From assembly GCF_052425735.1 (NCBI RefSeq), contig NC_135770.1:16678001-16742000 (forward strand): a stretch of 64,000 bases of DNA, given 5' to 3'. Both the position numbers and the translations under genes were made by a program. The first letter of the stretch is position 1; each line of letters starts with the position of its first letter. This document shows, piece after piece, positions 36,684-50,508 of the stretch. The DNA is from Oculina patagonica (taxonomy: Eukaryota). The notes beneath the pieces are model-generated. The model was not told the DNA's origin. It saw nothing but the letters and a program-made list of their open reading frames with translations, and did not search any database.

Positions 36684-39600
36684 CTAGTTGGAACTAATTA
36701 CTTGTGATAACATTGACTCAAACATGTCTTTGGCCGGAACAGCGCTGAAAAACAAGTGTTCAATGGGTTTTTCCGCGAGACTGCGCAGTGCAGCTACACT
36801 GAGAAGTATTTTACCGAACCGAGCAGGTTGAGCTGGGAGCCTGGACCAGATATAGTCGGCTAATATTAGCTGAGCTTCATCTTGAAGTTCTTCCACTTGA
36901 TCCGCTGCCTTTAGACCTTGTGTATCTGCCAAAAATGACACGCAAAAAGCAATTAGGTTATTCTTGTCTACATCGCTGACGAAAAAAGAAGACAGACTGC
37001 ATTCAAGCTTAGAAAAGTAGTTTAGCGCCACCCTGTCTAGTTCTTAGGCGTTGTCTTCCTCTCACGAGCGAATGCAAAGTACACATTTGGGCTGGAAATA
37101 GGCCGCATGCGAGGTCATTACATTTCCCGCCAAACTGAGCGAGCAGGAAGCGCTGGTCGCTCTTACTCCCGAGAGAGATGACTGGCTCAAAAAAAACACT
37201 TAAAACTTAATGTTATGATTATTTCTTTCGTGGAACTGGAAAATATCTACTTTTGATAGACCTTCTTGATGTCACAACGTTGTGGTAGGCTCCGCTCGGA
37301 GCGACGAAAGTGAATTTGAAAAAAAAAACTGTTGTGTTGTCAAGCTAGACGCCAGTGAATTTACGTAGGGATGGACTACGGTTAATTAATTTCATTTATT
37401 TAGCAGCATTTCGTATAGGTGATAACCGATGGAAAGCCTGGTTTACATGGGCAACGTTTGTGACAAGTTTTATGTGAGAAATATATTTGATCCTGTTGAT
37501 GACAGGGCAAGAGTTCAAAGTTAAGTGCATCAATAATGACTTTGTGCAGCAGAGATACGCAGAAACAAGCCGTGCAAACTGCCCAGAGGGAGATTGGGGA
37601 CCAGCAATGCTGACGCAATATTTGCCACATTTTATCTGACGTATCGTCTACACGAGCAATTTTTCCTATGTGACAACTTTTATTTCCCACATAAAAGCTA
37701 CACACCAGCGTCTCGGCAAATATATTTGTCACATAAAAATTGGCCAATTTTTCTCGTCTACACGAACAATTAAAAGTTTTCACATAAAAATTGTCACATA
37801 AAAATTGCTCGTCTAAACTGGCCTTGACTTACTTGTTCTGAAGAGTATGATGGCCTTGAGACATGCGTACTCAGAATTGTCCAACTTCAGTGTTTTTAAA
37901 GGCATTAGAGCCTCCTGCATGGATTTTACTTCCTGCTCTCGTCGCTGGTCATTCTCTGCCTCAGGGGCACCCCCTGATGTTATCGGAAACATCCAGAAAA
38001 CTGAATCCAAAAGTAACATTTCCTTCCACCCCCTCCTCCAAGAGGATAACTTGGTCACGAAACGGTAAGCGTCTGAAGCAAGGAAGTCTACGACCAAATC
38101 TCAGAGATACCGAGAGAAGACGACTGGCTGCATCATGGAGGGGCTCAGATGCATGGAACAAAAGTGGTTCTACAGCCTGATGGAGTTCCGATATGTTAAT
38201 CTTTGTCGGCTGCAAGTGCCTTTGGATGTTCCTAAAGGACACAAGTGCCGTGGACGTCATTCTATGGCCGTTCATAACAGAGTCTCCGGTAGGTAGCTTC
38301 GGAACGGATCTGAGTGGGCTCTGGTAACCATTCTGTTGAATTGATGAAAACGTCGTCGGCGAATGGAATCTTTGTGAAGAGAGTGCTGTTACCGCTACAC
38401 CCGGCCGAGCGTTAACACTGCTTCCCGGCGCAGTAAACGATACCCTGACCGGACTAGAGACGGGTGAACATGACGTTGTTGTCAGTGGGATGGTGAAGGG
38501 AGCAGCTTGACGTGCCGGAAGCAAGTTGGAGTGTCGAACAAGACATTCATGGTCCCGGTTTTCCCCGTGGTATTTAGGACTTGCTGGTGCTTTCTGATTG
38601 TTTTCATTTGATTGGACTGTTGTTGTTGTTGTTGTTGTTCCACTTGTTGTTGCTTGTGCTGTTGATCTTCTTCTTCTGTTTTGACTATAACTGTTTTGAT
38701 CTGAGCAAGTCTAATTTGAGAGGTCGCAACTGGAAAACCTAAATCAATCAAAAAATAATAATAAAATAATTAGTTCTAAAGAGCAAAATTAATAAAATTG
38801 TTGTTCATGCCAGATCTTCCTTGTACAATCAATGAAAAGACTCGAGTAGGTCTGCGAACGAGAATAGTCAAAGAACTCACCGAGAGCTTCTGGTGAAGGA
38901 GACATATCAACGCGCATGTCACTTGCTGTGTTGACCGCTGGACTTTCTGCAGCAGGTGATTGTATAATTTCTTCATTAAACCTTGAACGGCGGTACACCC
39001 CTAAAAATAAGCATGAAATTAGCACAGGCTTTTCAAAGAGAACCTTCCCTATCTTGGTCGCTAACCAGTTGCACGAACAGTTGTTTTTACTTGTAAATAG
39101 TATTGTGCTTACACCAAAAAAAAACCTCAAACGCGATATCGTATATGAACTTCTCCTTCCTGACTGGCGTAAAATTCTTTAAATATGATTTCTGAGTATA
39201 AGGTGGTACGTTAGTTGAGATCGCATCATCCTTGATCAGTATTCTTTTGTTCATATCACCTGACATTCTTTATAACAATATATTGAAAAGAAAAACGTTT
39301 GTTAATTTTTGAGCCACGGATGGTAATAGACCCACCCGGCTCAATTTTTCGTGGTCTTGCCATCCTTATTCCATTTTGGATTAATTTTACCTTGTTGATA
39401 CTTTCTACACGTTTCTTCCTTAAAGAAATATCCTTCAAGATTTCTACAATCTATCAACTTTATTGGTCTCAAAACTAAATACATATATAATATCATAAAT
39501 TAATGATAGTATTAAAAATTGGACCAAATAGGATTGTGCGAACGAGAAAAATAACCCATGCGAACCGCAACCCTAAAAACTAGTAAAAATTGTGATAACA

Positions 39601-42600
39601 ATATTTCTTTCGAGCTGAAAGCATTTTTTACAGCGCAACAACATAATTTAGCTAACATATCAGTACAAAATTAATTATTTTAAATAGTGAAAGAGCATTT
39701 TACGAAGAAAAAGTCACTATATATAAAATAATGAACTAAACTAAAAAGGAAAACGGACTATTCAAGATGCGCTGTTCGTGAAAAAAAAGGTTTTAAAGAA
39801 GGCAGTGTCTAGAAAGTTTTTATTTAAAGTGCCGTCTCCAGTGGCCATGATGGCTTATCTAACAAGCGATCCGTGCCCCATCTCGATCAGCAATCACTAA
39901 ATGGGTCATTTATTAGCTGAATGGGTAATTTGAATGTTTTTAAGGTGTAGGTATAAAATATCTCTATCTTCAGATCTCATAAGTACACATTCGACGTGGT
40001 CTTATATTACAACTCAACGATTTTAAAAGCTGGTTTCCCATATGATCGCGTATTTAACTGAGGTTACTTGATTATTTACTGACAATCAACGATCGCAAGG
40101 GCAAGGCTGTCATTTAAAACTTTTGAAAACTAAATCGCTTTTAACTTCTGTCATTAAAATTAGTTCAGTTAAACAGGTCACAATATCAGTTCATAGTTAG
40201 TAACTAACTATGATCAGTTTCAACAAGATTCCACGTGCCAAATATTATCATTTTAAACAATGTTAAAAAATAAATGCCGGTTACTTTTTATATTTTTATT
40301 GATTAAACTCGCGAGGTTAATCTATTACCTTTCTTCTTTTACGAGTTGACTTATGTTGAATTCAATAAACTAAAGTAAGCGACATGCAAAACATAGCTCA
40401 GTGTGTCATCACACGCAAACAATTCAACTTGTGTAATGAAGGTAATGTCTGCGCTCGTTCCTGGTGGCCCATCAGGTCGGCAGTTATTCTGGTTTCTGTA
40501 GCATAAAGCGACAAGCAGTATTTCAACTCCCTGTTTTTTGATGGGTTGTAAGGGCAGCCCAGAATATAATTTGCTAGTACCCATTTATACACCTGGGTGG
40601 AGAAAAAGTACTGTGAAAGGGTTTATTTAAGAGCACAACACAACGAACCCGCCAGGCCTCGAACTCGGACCGCCACAAAGCCGGGTTCTAGTGAGCTAAC
40701 CATATTGTTACTGCATCTGCCACTTGGCCGATATAAAGGATTGATGAATTATTTGGATAAAAGCGAAGCAAGCGGTCCATAATCAATTGTGGTAGACTGA
40801 AAGCGATGGTCCTGCGTTCTAACAGGAACGAAAGAAAAAAAATAGGACAGAAAAGAAAAGAAACAACAGAAAATTGATTAACCCTTTTAGTGTCACCATG
40901 AGATGTCAATTACGAATAGACGGATCCATTTCTTTCATGTTAGTTCTGGTAATTTAGTGGTACATCAAGACAATATCCCACAACTGATGAATTCCTTTAT
41001 TCTCATCGCATATCTACTTGACTGTGTATTGACAGTGTAGGGAGAAACTGGACGTCATCACACTAACTTTTAAAGGTCCGCACAGTCACACTTCTTTCAC
41101 TTAAACAAAAAGCTAGGGAACAGCTGCAAACAGCTTTTTGAACACGAAAAAAGAGGGCGGCGACAAAAGCAATTAATACTTGTCTTACGATGAAAAACAG
41201 CTATCGAGAAAGTGAAAAAATACCCAGTAACGATAGTACTTGTTTATCAAAGATTAAGGTGGGAATAGAGACAAAAAAGAATGGGGAAATTTTAAATAAA
41301 AGGAGATCGAGTTCTTCGATTCACATCTTTGAAATTGTTAGTGGTTAGCCCAGAAAAATAACTCAATCCGCCAAAAAAAAGCAATTTGACAGATATATTT
41401 ACAATGTTTGAGCAGCGCTAAGAAAAAGCGGTTATTGTAGGAACGTTGACCTTGCAAGTAAGCAACATTAAAGAGGCACTATCATGCATGGGGATTTTGC
41501 TACATAGTCATTCAAACCAGCGGTAAATATATATCTACATCTACATCTACATCAACATTTTAATATGTCGGTAAAAAGTCCATACGGATATCACACCAAC
41601 GTCTAAAAATAAGTAAAATACAATATGTACATATATAATAACTGAAAAATTCTAAATTTAAAAAAAAAAATCTAAAAATTCTAAAATTCTATGGGTAAAC
41701 CACTAAATTAATAAAAATGCTCGCGCAGTCCAGACTGGAAAGACGCAAGAGAGTCGGACTCAACAATCGCCGCAGGGAGTGCATTCCACTCTCTTATGTT
41801 CCTCGGAAAATACGAGTAAAAATACGCGTTTTTCGTCGCTCTATATTGCGTATATTTGAAATTATGGCTGCCGCGAGTTCTGGATTCATTATGTCTACTA
41901 AGATAGGAGTCAACATTTATATCTACAAGGTCGTGACTCATTTTATATAGTAATGTAAGTCGTTATGCCTTTGCTTATACACGACATGTGTCTAGAACAC
42001 AAAGATGAAATCGAAGACAGCAAATTGTGATTAGGTTTTGGCGATTTTCTAAGACACAAGGGCAGAATTTGGAAACGTCTGCTTGACTTTTTGAGATGCT
42101 GACCACGTGCACCCGCGACTCATGATAACAACTCTCCAATAGCTTCAGTGCACGAGTGTAGTAATTTTTAACAAAAGTTAACCATAATTTTGAGGTTTTT
42201 CATCGATGTAATTATGTCCTCGCAATAGCCTCCGTTTTAGGCCTGGTTTTCACTAGCGAACAAGCATAAACTAAGTACAGATCAAATGTTTTAATTTTTA
42301 AGCGACAACATCATAACGTGAGCGCTTAATGCTTTAGTCTTGATTCGACTGTGGGCCGTGGATGCTTGTAGAAAAGGGCTGGAAACTAGAAATGAACACG
42401 AAAGTTTCTGCCTCCTTTGGCACTGAAAATTCACTTCGACTTTCACTCAATACGCCCAACTGCACCTTTCTACTTGAACTCAAACTAACAACAAGCAAAA
42501 CAGAATCTCACCGTCTAGATTCATTCCTATCTCGATGCATTTCTTGAGCCTGCAAGCCTTGCAGTCGTTACGACTGCTCTTGTCTACCGGGCAATGTCCC

Positions 42601-45600
42601 TGGCCCTTACACAGCCAGGGCTCAGATCGGCGGCACGTTCTCTTGTAGAATCCACTGCACCCATCGCACGAGTACACGCCATAGTGTTTGCCAGTGGAGC
42701 GGTCACCGCACACTTCACAAGCTGAAAATTAAGACATACAATTCAATACTTTTCCTATGTCGCGTTTGCATTCTACAAGCGAGAAAGCGCTTTTGCTCTC
42801 TTTTGTTTCGCTAATAATTGAAAGGAATGAGTAAATTTTTGACTACTCTATGGGAATAGAAATAAGCTTCTCAGCGTCTTAAATCAGCACCCAGCTTTTT
42901 TAATAACATGATTATATAAAAATACCTCTTAAACTGCCGATTCGCGAAGAGGTTCTTTCTACGGAAAGAAAATTACGTAAGAAAAAAAATGACACTGCGG
43001 ACCTACTCAAAAAGAGAAAGATTTCTTGCTGCAAAAAGACAATCAACGAGCCGACAGAAACAATTGTCATCTAAGGAACCGAAAATGACGGCGAAAACAG
43101 CAAAACAAAAAAAATACACTGTCAAGGCTTTTGTAATACCTTCCCAGGCGAAATGAAACCAACGCGAAAATTCTCGATCTCCGAAACGTAAGTAGGAACG
43201 GCTTGGTCTTACGGCCATCTTGGTTTGAAAAGCGTAATAGTGTTCTGAGATCTTTTTCACAAGCACCTTCGAAAATTTTTATATGTACGAACGCAGCTGC
43301 CACTTGGATTGCCTGCAAAACGCAAGGATCTCTTAAAAAAACACTGTATGCTTTGACCGACTAGCAGGGCTTTAAAAGAAAACACTCAAATAAACGAAAC
43401 AAGTTGAAGGACGTGTACTTGCTTGGTTTAAACATGACCATCTTGTCATTGATAGTAAAGCCATAACAGTGACAAAACATCAAGTTCGTTTTATTTGCAA
43501 ACAGAAAAAATGCCGCGTCTAATGTGTACAGAAAAGAGAGTACAGCTTTGCGTTTTTTGTAAATGCGAAATTTTTTGTTTTAAACTTTTCTCATGTATTC
43601 ATTTAATAATTCAAGGAAAAGGAAACAGAATTGACCACAAGCTAACATTTGCCATTGGCTGTCGAAATTACCTTATAATAGGAAATTAACGATACATGTC
43701 ATAAATGCGAATTTCAAAAATTCGCGTGAATTTTGTTCATGTAAACACGTTTACTATGAGCATCTAACCAGAACTTTTCTTAAATTCGCGTTAATTTTAT
43801 TACGCGTAAATTTTGTTCCTATAATAAGGTATTACACGGCGAGAAACGATGTAGTCTGAATAATTTGAAACGAATTTTCCACCATCAATTTCACTCTGAC
43901 AGAAGTCTGTCACACATGGCTAATTTAAGAAAGAAAAAGAAATTATGGTTTTTACATTTTGTTTACTTTAGTAAACAATCAAAATGGGAGGGGGTGGGGT
44001 GCATGCCTCCTATTAAGACTTCACTTCTAGGATAAAACCCTGGATGTATTTACACTCCCCCAACCATGTTGATGGGAAACTAGCGGCACTTTATAGGAAT
44101 ACAGACGGCTTTCAGTTTTGCACATATACAAAACACGTATCAACGCCGTTGTGATATTACAGTATTTAGGTCTTGTTACTGAGATAATCCCTGCTAATAC
44201 AATTTGTTCGTTCGCCGTGCTCGTAAGTACACAGATCTTCTAGTCCTGTCAATTCGTCAATCATTGAGCTTACTTGCCTTTCTTCGGCCTACCAGTTAGT
44301 CAGTCATCCAGTCAGCCAGCCAACCATACAGTCGGTCGGTCCGTCTGTCAATCGGTCAGTCAGTCAGCCAGTCTGCTAGTCTTTCTATCCGTCCGTCCTT
44401 CCGTTGGTCAGCAAGTCACTCAGTGATCCAACCAGCCAGTCCTCTAACTAGCCAATCAGTCAGTCAGCCGGATATTCAGTCAGTAAGTCAGTCAGTCTGC
44501 TAGTCGTTCTATCTGTCCGTCCGTCCGTCAATCGATAAGTCACTCGGTGATCCAGCCAGCCAGGCAGCTAACCAGCCATTCAGTCAGTCAGTCAGTCAGT
44601 CAGTCAGTCAGTCGTTAAGTAACCATTGTTGCTAATTCCCATTACAAAAACAAAACAATAATCATGTATCTACGTGGGATCAAATCTGAGATAGATAAAA
44701 GCGATATTATAAAAGATTTTTCTCTATATTTCTGGAGAAATTAACACTGATTTATTGCATTTGTCATTTCTATTGTATGCTTGCAATGGAATATAAGATA
44801 CGACATGAACTTAACATCTGCGAACGCACGAAGGCCGGAAATCGACATCGCTGAGGGAAGGCGGGCGGGTAGGACAACGCATCTTTAAAAAAATGGCAAG
44901 TTTTTTTCAAGTTTGTCTTTTATAGTCCGTCTGACTCTTCATCAGTTGAAACTATCCCCTTTATTTTCGGGTTTCACCACTGCGCTATCCCTGCTCCCCC
45001 AAATATCGTGACATTGCTCCAGTTTAAAACGGGTATGTGTAGAATTAGCTGCCTTTTCTTTGAAATAATGAGCATTTGCTTTGTTTAACTGTCCCTAGTA
45101 TTCAATAAAAACTAACACACTGACACTGATTTCATAACTACTTTGAACCAGTTTTATCCCAAATTTTTGACCGAAAAGCACATTTCCAGCCGTGGAACAT
45201 CGAATTTTTTTTTATTTTCCTTGAATCTTATTCTTCATTTTTTCGAGGATATATCCTATAGCTGTTTCTTTCTCTCCTGTTCCTTCTTTTGTTTTCACTT
45301 CCTTTCATCTGGAAAGGTTGTGAGCTTACCTTCGAGGCATAACCTATTTTAAGTTGTGTATCCGTTATTTGCAAACGACTTGAGGCGTTTAAAATCACAA
45401 TGGCATTGATGTGTAAAATCTTAAATTTTTTTAATGCGACTTTAACAGTGAAACATCTGTTTCCGTTTTTGTGTATGTCTGCTTGCTTTGTATTATTTTT
45501 TTTGCTTTCTGATGTTCTGTGATACATTTGCATCTGGAAGGATTCCAGATGAATGTCGAAAATTTAAACAGAAATAGAGAAAGAAGGAAAACACATGTTC

Positions 45601-48418
45601 CCCTCCTTTTAACCAGGGAGTTTTCAAATTCTGTGAAACGAAATTTAAAATTACACCACACACAAACAAAAGCAAAACCGAGTCGATCTTCGAAGCAAAG
45701 TTCAAAAGAGGGATGAGTAATACTAGCCTTTTCTCTGTTATTAACAGACACAAACAGCTTTTGGGTGTTTTAAAGTACCCTTCATACAAGTTCACTTTCC
45801 TTCTAATGCATTGAAAAGCTGCCAACATCTCCGTTCCAAAGCACTTACGTTTCATCAGCAAATGGCTAGAAAATGGAACTGTATTGAGCAATTCACGAAG
45901 ACATAACAAAATTCAGAAATATCACAAGGTTTGGCTGAAGGAAACAAGACAAGTTTCAAACAAAAAAAGAAAAGAAAACAGCATAAAAGAACGGAAAACT
46001 CATTCGAGAAGTGAGGATTATGCTGGCCATAAGCCGATGGAAAACTTCCGTTCAATAGCGAAAACGCCTGAGCAAAAGTGACGAAATTAGATTTTTAAAG
46101 CCCAGTTCTTGAACAAAGTTTCTCGAAAAAAGCACTGATAATCCGGAAAGATCTATAAGAATGAGCGAGATTACAAACTGAGAAGCTCTTGCGAGTATAT
46201 AGAAATGAGAAGCTTAAAGAAAATGACAGTAAAACAAAACCTCAGAGAAGAACAAAGAAAAGGACATCAGAAAACAATGGACCAAAACAAGGAGCAATAC
46301 GAAAAGAAAAGGAAACAGCTTTGTTAAAAAAATAAAGTTTATAAAAATATAGTTTTGGTCCCCGTTTAGTTTGTTTCCAAGTCAGCAAATTCTTGTTTTC
46401 GTCGCACAGGGCTGTCATTTCGATTCGTTTGACTGTAGAAGAAGGAAGAAGGAAATAAAACCTCTGAGATCAGAGTGGACCATTAGATGAACTTGCACTC
46501 GGGCGGGCGGAATAAAGTTGAAAGCTTTTAGTCTACATTTGCATTTTAAGTGTTATGTATAGCCGTTAATGGAAGTAATGAGGACTTTAGCGTAGTTGAG
46601 TTAAGAGTCGCTTGGTTATGTAAACGGAATCAACAGATGTAGAAAAAAGGGTGCTTTAATAAAAAAACTTTTGAGGACGAGAACACCAGAAACAGATTTC
46701 CGCATGCACTGCTTAGAAACACAAAGCGGAGCGTTTCCAAGAGAAAAAACACGCTTTGTAAAAAGAATTCCTCCAGCAAGCGTCTCGGTTTTTCAAAGGA
46801 AAGGAAGATTGCATTAGAATTCTTAGAATGAAATGATCTGCAGGCAAACATCTGTGTCATGCAACCAGCTAATCAGTGGAGATATCTGATCCTAGATTGT
46901 TTAAAACGAATTAAAGTCCAAAAGAACACTTAGCAATCATCTTTTGACGTAAAGATGAAAGAAAATGTACAAAGAAAACGCAGGTTTTGTTCTGTCCTTT
47001 TTAATCCAATCATTTGTAATATTATCACGCGCCGAGTAAAGTTCAAATCGATAAAAAAGAATGTCACATAACAAAAAGAACAGCTATTGGATAATTGTTA
47101 TTTTTACATTTCCATTTGCGGTTTTTTCTGAAAAATAACAACTTGACAATTGAAGTTAGGGCTTTTCTGCTTTTCTAGGGCACACTGAAGAAAGATGTTT
47201 TTTGACGGCTGAGAACTTTCGCTCGCGAGTTTCAAGTCGAAAGTGAAAAAAAAAACACCATAAAATATTTTTATCAATACAGCTGGCCAAATCTTTAGCG
47301 AAAAATATGATCGCGTTAAAAACATTCGCTTGATTTTTAATCAGTGTTGAAATAAAAACAAAGCTCTTTGCCATAGTTAGCGAAAAGCAGATAATTTTGA
47401 TGTCACTGGCTTATTTATTACTGTCAAAACTCTCGTCCGGTCAGCAATGTCAGTAACATAATGATTTTCAGATTTTTTTCCCTTCAACATTGATGATGTT
47501 TTAGCAGTTCAATGTTTTGCATTTCAGTTCATAAAGACCAGCTGAGATCAGCTTCAATAGTAGCTGATAAACATTGCAGTGCCGACATTTTCACTCTCGG
47601 ATTCGAAGCCGGAACTGGCGCTTATAAACAACTGAAACATCTGAAACTAGTTTTGTAAACACTGTTTCTTGTGTGCGCGCAGTTTCGAGAAATCGCAACT
47701 GATTTACTCTTTGGGTCGGGTGCGTTTTTGAGCTTAAATAACCATAGACGGTGGCTTTTATGTCATTCGCGCCGTGAAAAGAAATTGTTTCTACAATTTG
47801 CGGCTGAGAGGTTGCGAGGATCAAAATTGGCCAAGCCTAAAAATATTCACGCAATTCGACTTTGCAAAACATAGCTACAACACTGAAATATATACAGATA
47901 ATTTTACAGAAAATAAAAGCGTTCATCTCGAAGTTTTATCTGGAGTTGAGCTCAATTTACTTTCAGAGACAGCATGTAATTTGAGTCATTCGAAACGGAT
48001 CATGAGTTCTGGTTGATCACATGAGATCCAAAACGTTCGATTCTATAACTATCACATGATTTTAGCTTTCAATGTTTTGGACCCGTTCTGGACGACAATC
48101 GTTTGTTTATGATATGATATATAGTGACTGTAATAATGGCTGTCTACAAATTCATCCACAGTTCTAACCGCAAATCAAGTAAAGTGAGAATTTCTTCATC
48201 TAGAGTAATTCAAGAAGTCGAGTCGGCGACAGACAAAAACACAAACACGCTTGTAGTTTGACTGCAAGCACCGCCGACCGACATGACTTTAAAAATAAAA
48301 TACAAATATACATCAGTTAACAAGCGAGAATCAAAACTGTACCTTTATCGTCCAGGATACGTTTCCTTTTCTGGTTCTTCTCGAGTAAACTGGGATTTTC
48401 CTGTTCTGTTTCGTCCAT
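36684..48418 (-). CDS. Tailless/NR2E-type nuclear receptor; coding exons 48418-48343, 42721-42512, 39000-38881, 38729-37833 (two frameshifts as assembled), 36925-36684
   Basis: [34 protein letters not shown] (C4 zinc fingers, TLX-type P-box CDGCSG); [55 protein letters not shown]. Junctions are GT-AG with matching phase 1. Confidence 0.9.
38618..38665 (-). repeat. (CAA/CAG)n polyglutamine tract in the nuclear receptor hinge
   Basis: Encodes [16 protein letters not shown]. Confidence 0.85.
40440..40725 (-). mobile_element. Diverged tRNA-derived SINE (same family as 34430-34652)
   Basis: Shares GGCCCATCAGG..GG..., CCCAG..., TACCCATTTATACACCTGGG and a tRNA-like head. Confidence 0.6.
41533..41970 (-). 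mobile_element. 5'-truncated LINE 3' fragment (CR1/L2-group-like)
   Basis: [10 protein letters not shown]...[17 protein letters not shown] is a typical ORF2 C-terminus; (GTAGAT)n tail at ~41533-41552. Confidence 0.75.
44293..44615. repeat. Degenerate (CAGT/CAGC/CCGT)n tetranucleotide array with an internal higher-order duplication
   Basis: Runs of CAGTCAGT; the block GTCTGCTAGTC..TCTATC.GTCCGTCC...AAGTCACTC.GTGATCCA occurs twice. Confidence 0.9.
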
Positions 48419-49183
48419 GACGCTTAGTCGATGTCGTTGTTGGAGCGAGTGACGGAGGCAACTGAACGCCACGCGGTGAGAAGTGAAAGTCGTTTGTCTG
48501 AGTCTGCTGTTATGACATCATCGACCGCTGAGTGACTGACTCTCCCACTGAGCCGATGACACGAACGACATTTGACAAACAGCACTTGCCTTGCGAATGG
48601 CTTTTAAAAGCCGTAACGAATTTCAGTCGAGTTTGGAAATGAAATAAAACCATTTATATCACGGCTTGGCGACTTTTGTCGCTAGGGGAAACCATTTAAT
48701 TGCAGACGATTGGCGCGCGACATTCGGGTGACATTTTAATTTATTTCAAAGTTTCAATTGTTATGTCAGGTGAAATGTCACATTTCGATCATGCCAACAA
48801 TGGAAACAGACATGACAGCTGCGAGTTTTATTTTCAAGACAGATCTGATGTTTATCTTCTTTGCAGTTGTTTTGAAATAATCACAGCTAGGGTTTCTGCA
48901 TTTTAATAGACCTTTGAATTCGATTTCACCACAAATCTCACTGCTACGCGACCTTCAAAATAAAAACTCCGACTGAGGTTAGCAACAGACTTCCGTCACT
49001 CATTGTTTATCTTGTCGCGTGCGAAAATTTGGGATCGAAACTTACAAAAGGTGGCACAGTTTGCCTAGAGATCTGCACTTTGTCTGGAGACAAAATCGCG
49101 CGCGCACGAGATTGAATCAATTTTATTTTTATTTTTTTGAAACGGATAACCTCATTGATTTAATATAAACTTACATTGATTAA

Positions 49184-49762
49184 GGGCCTGTTTATGTGGA
49201 GGAGAGTTGTCCCTGGAAGGAGGGTTACCCTCCATACCGAGCCACCCCAGGCGAAAGAGCTTTTCATATGTTTCTTTATAAATAGCTGCGAACCGTTTAC
49301 ATGAGAAATTGCAAAGTTGGCTCGGGGGGCAGGGTGACCCTGGGTGGAGGGTCACTCGCTTTGAAGGGAGGGTGACCCTGGGGAGCGAGCCAACTTTTTT
49401 TCCATATAAACAGTTTGGCTATTTTTGCCTCGCCTACCAGGGACAAGTTGACACATACGGAGCATGCGCAAAAGTTAAAATCAGCATAAACAAAACTGCA
49501 GATAAATTGAAATCGAAGTCGGCGGTAAATTAGTCCAAAAAAATGGTCTTTGTCGACGATTCAGCGTTCCTGATTTTAGAAAAAGCAGCCATAATAGAGG
49601 TTTCAAAACAACTCTCGCCAGTCTTTTGAACCGAGAGGGCCAAGTTTTGGCTCGGTCAACAGGGACAACTTTCTCATCTAAACGCACGGCAAAAGATAGC
49701 TCGAGGGAGAGGGTAACCCTTCTACCAGGGACAACAGAACTCTCCTCCATATAAACAGGCCC
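49184..49762. mobile_element. PIF/Harbinger-like MITE
   Basis: TIR GGGCCTGTTTATGTGGAGGAGAGTT / AACTCTCCTCCATATAAACAGGCCC; TAA on both sides (49181-49183, 49763-49765). Confidence 0.85.
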
Positions 49763-49765
49763 TAA

Positions 49766-49920
49766 TGGTGGATTTCCACTGACGCGTAATTTTTTACGTG
49801 CGTGAAGAAATTTAGAGACAATGTATGAATGACTTGCGTGAACGTTCACGCAAGTCGTTCATACGTTGTCTTTAAATTTTTCCCGCACGTAAAAAATTAC
49901 GCGTCACTGGAAATCCACCA
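49766..49920. mobile_element. Palindromic Harbinger-like MITE; truncated sister copy at ~50075-50200
   Basis: TGGTGGATTTCCA.TGACGCGTAATTTTTTACGTGCG mirrored at the right end; flanked by TAA/TAA. Confidence 0.8.
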
Positions 49921-50508
49921 TAAGTCGAAGTTTTGACTTCGAAAGTCGCGTAGCAGTGTTTTTTTAATAGTGGCAGTCAGCGATAATCTGTTGTATTGCG
50001 CGGGTTTTTTGTTTGTTTGTTTATTTCCCTTTACTTTGTGAAATGCAGTCAAGAAACACCTTTGCCCTGAGTTAAGGTGGATTTCCACTGACGTGTAATT
50101 ATTTTCTACGCGCGTTTACGTGCGTGAAAAAATGTAGAGACAATGTTTGAACGACTTGCGTACACGTTTACGCAAGTCGTTCATACATTGTCGCTAAATT
50201 TTGTCAAACTAAGAAACAGAGCCACTTTATAACCTTTGCACGTCATTCAGCAAAATAGGCTTCCTAAGACTTGTAAGGTTAATAAAGTGTAGAATCCAAA
50301 GTGTAGACCCAGAGTGTAGAATCCTAACAGAACAATTAGTTTTGTTTCCATGCTGCGCAAACCTGGAAACATTTCTTGTGGACAAAGTGTTTCTGAAAAA
50401 AAAATCAGAAACTTTTTTTTTTCGGGCACAAATTTTGCGTAACAAATGTTTCGCGCGGGGGAAAACTGGGAAACGTTTTTGTCACAACAATGTACCACTG
50501 CCTAAAAA

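Noticed and set aside
31340-38560. Programmed ribosomal frameshifting as an explanation for the CD36 and NR2E frame changes
   Set aside because: Multiple scattered shifts, no consistent slippery site plus structure, and nearby homopolymer-inflated sequence (~32470-32860) point to sequencing error.
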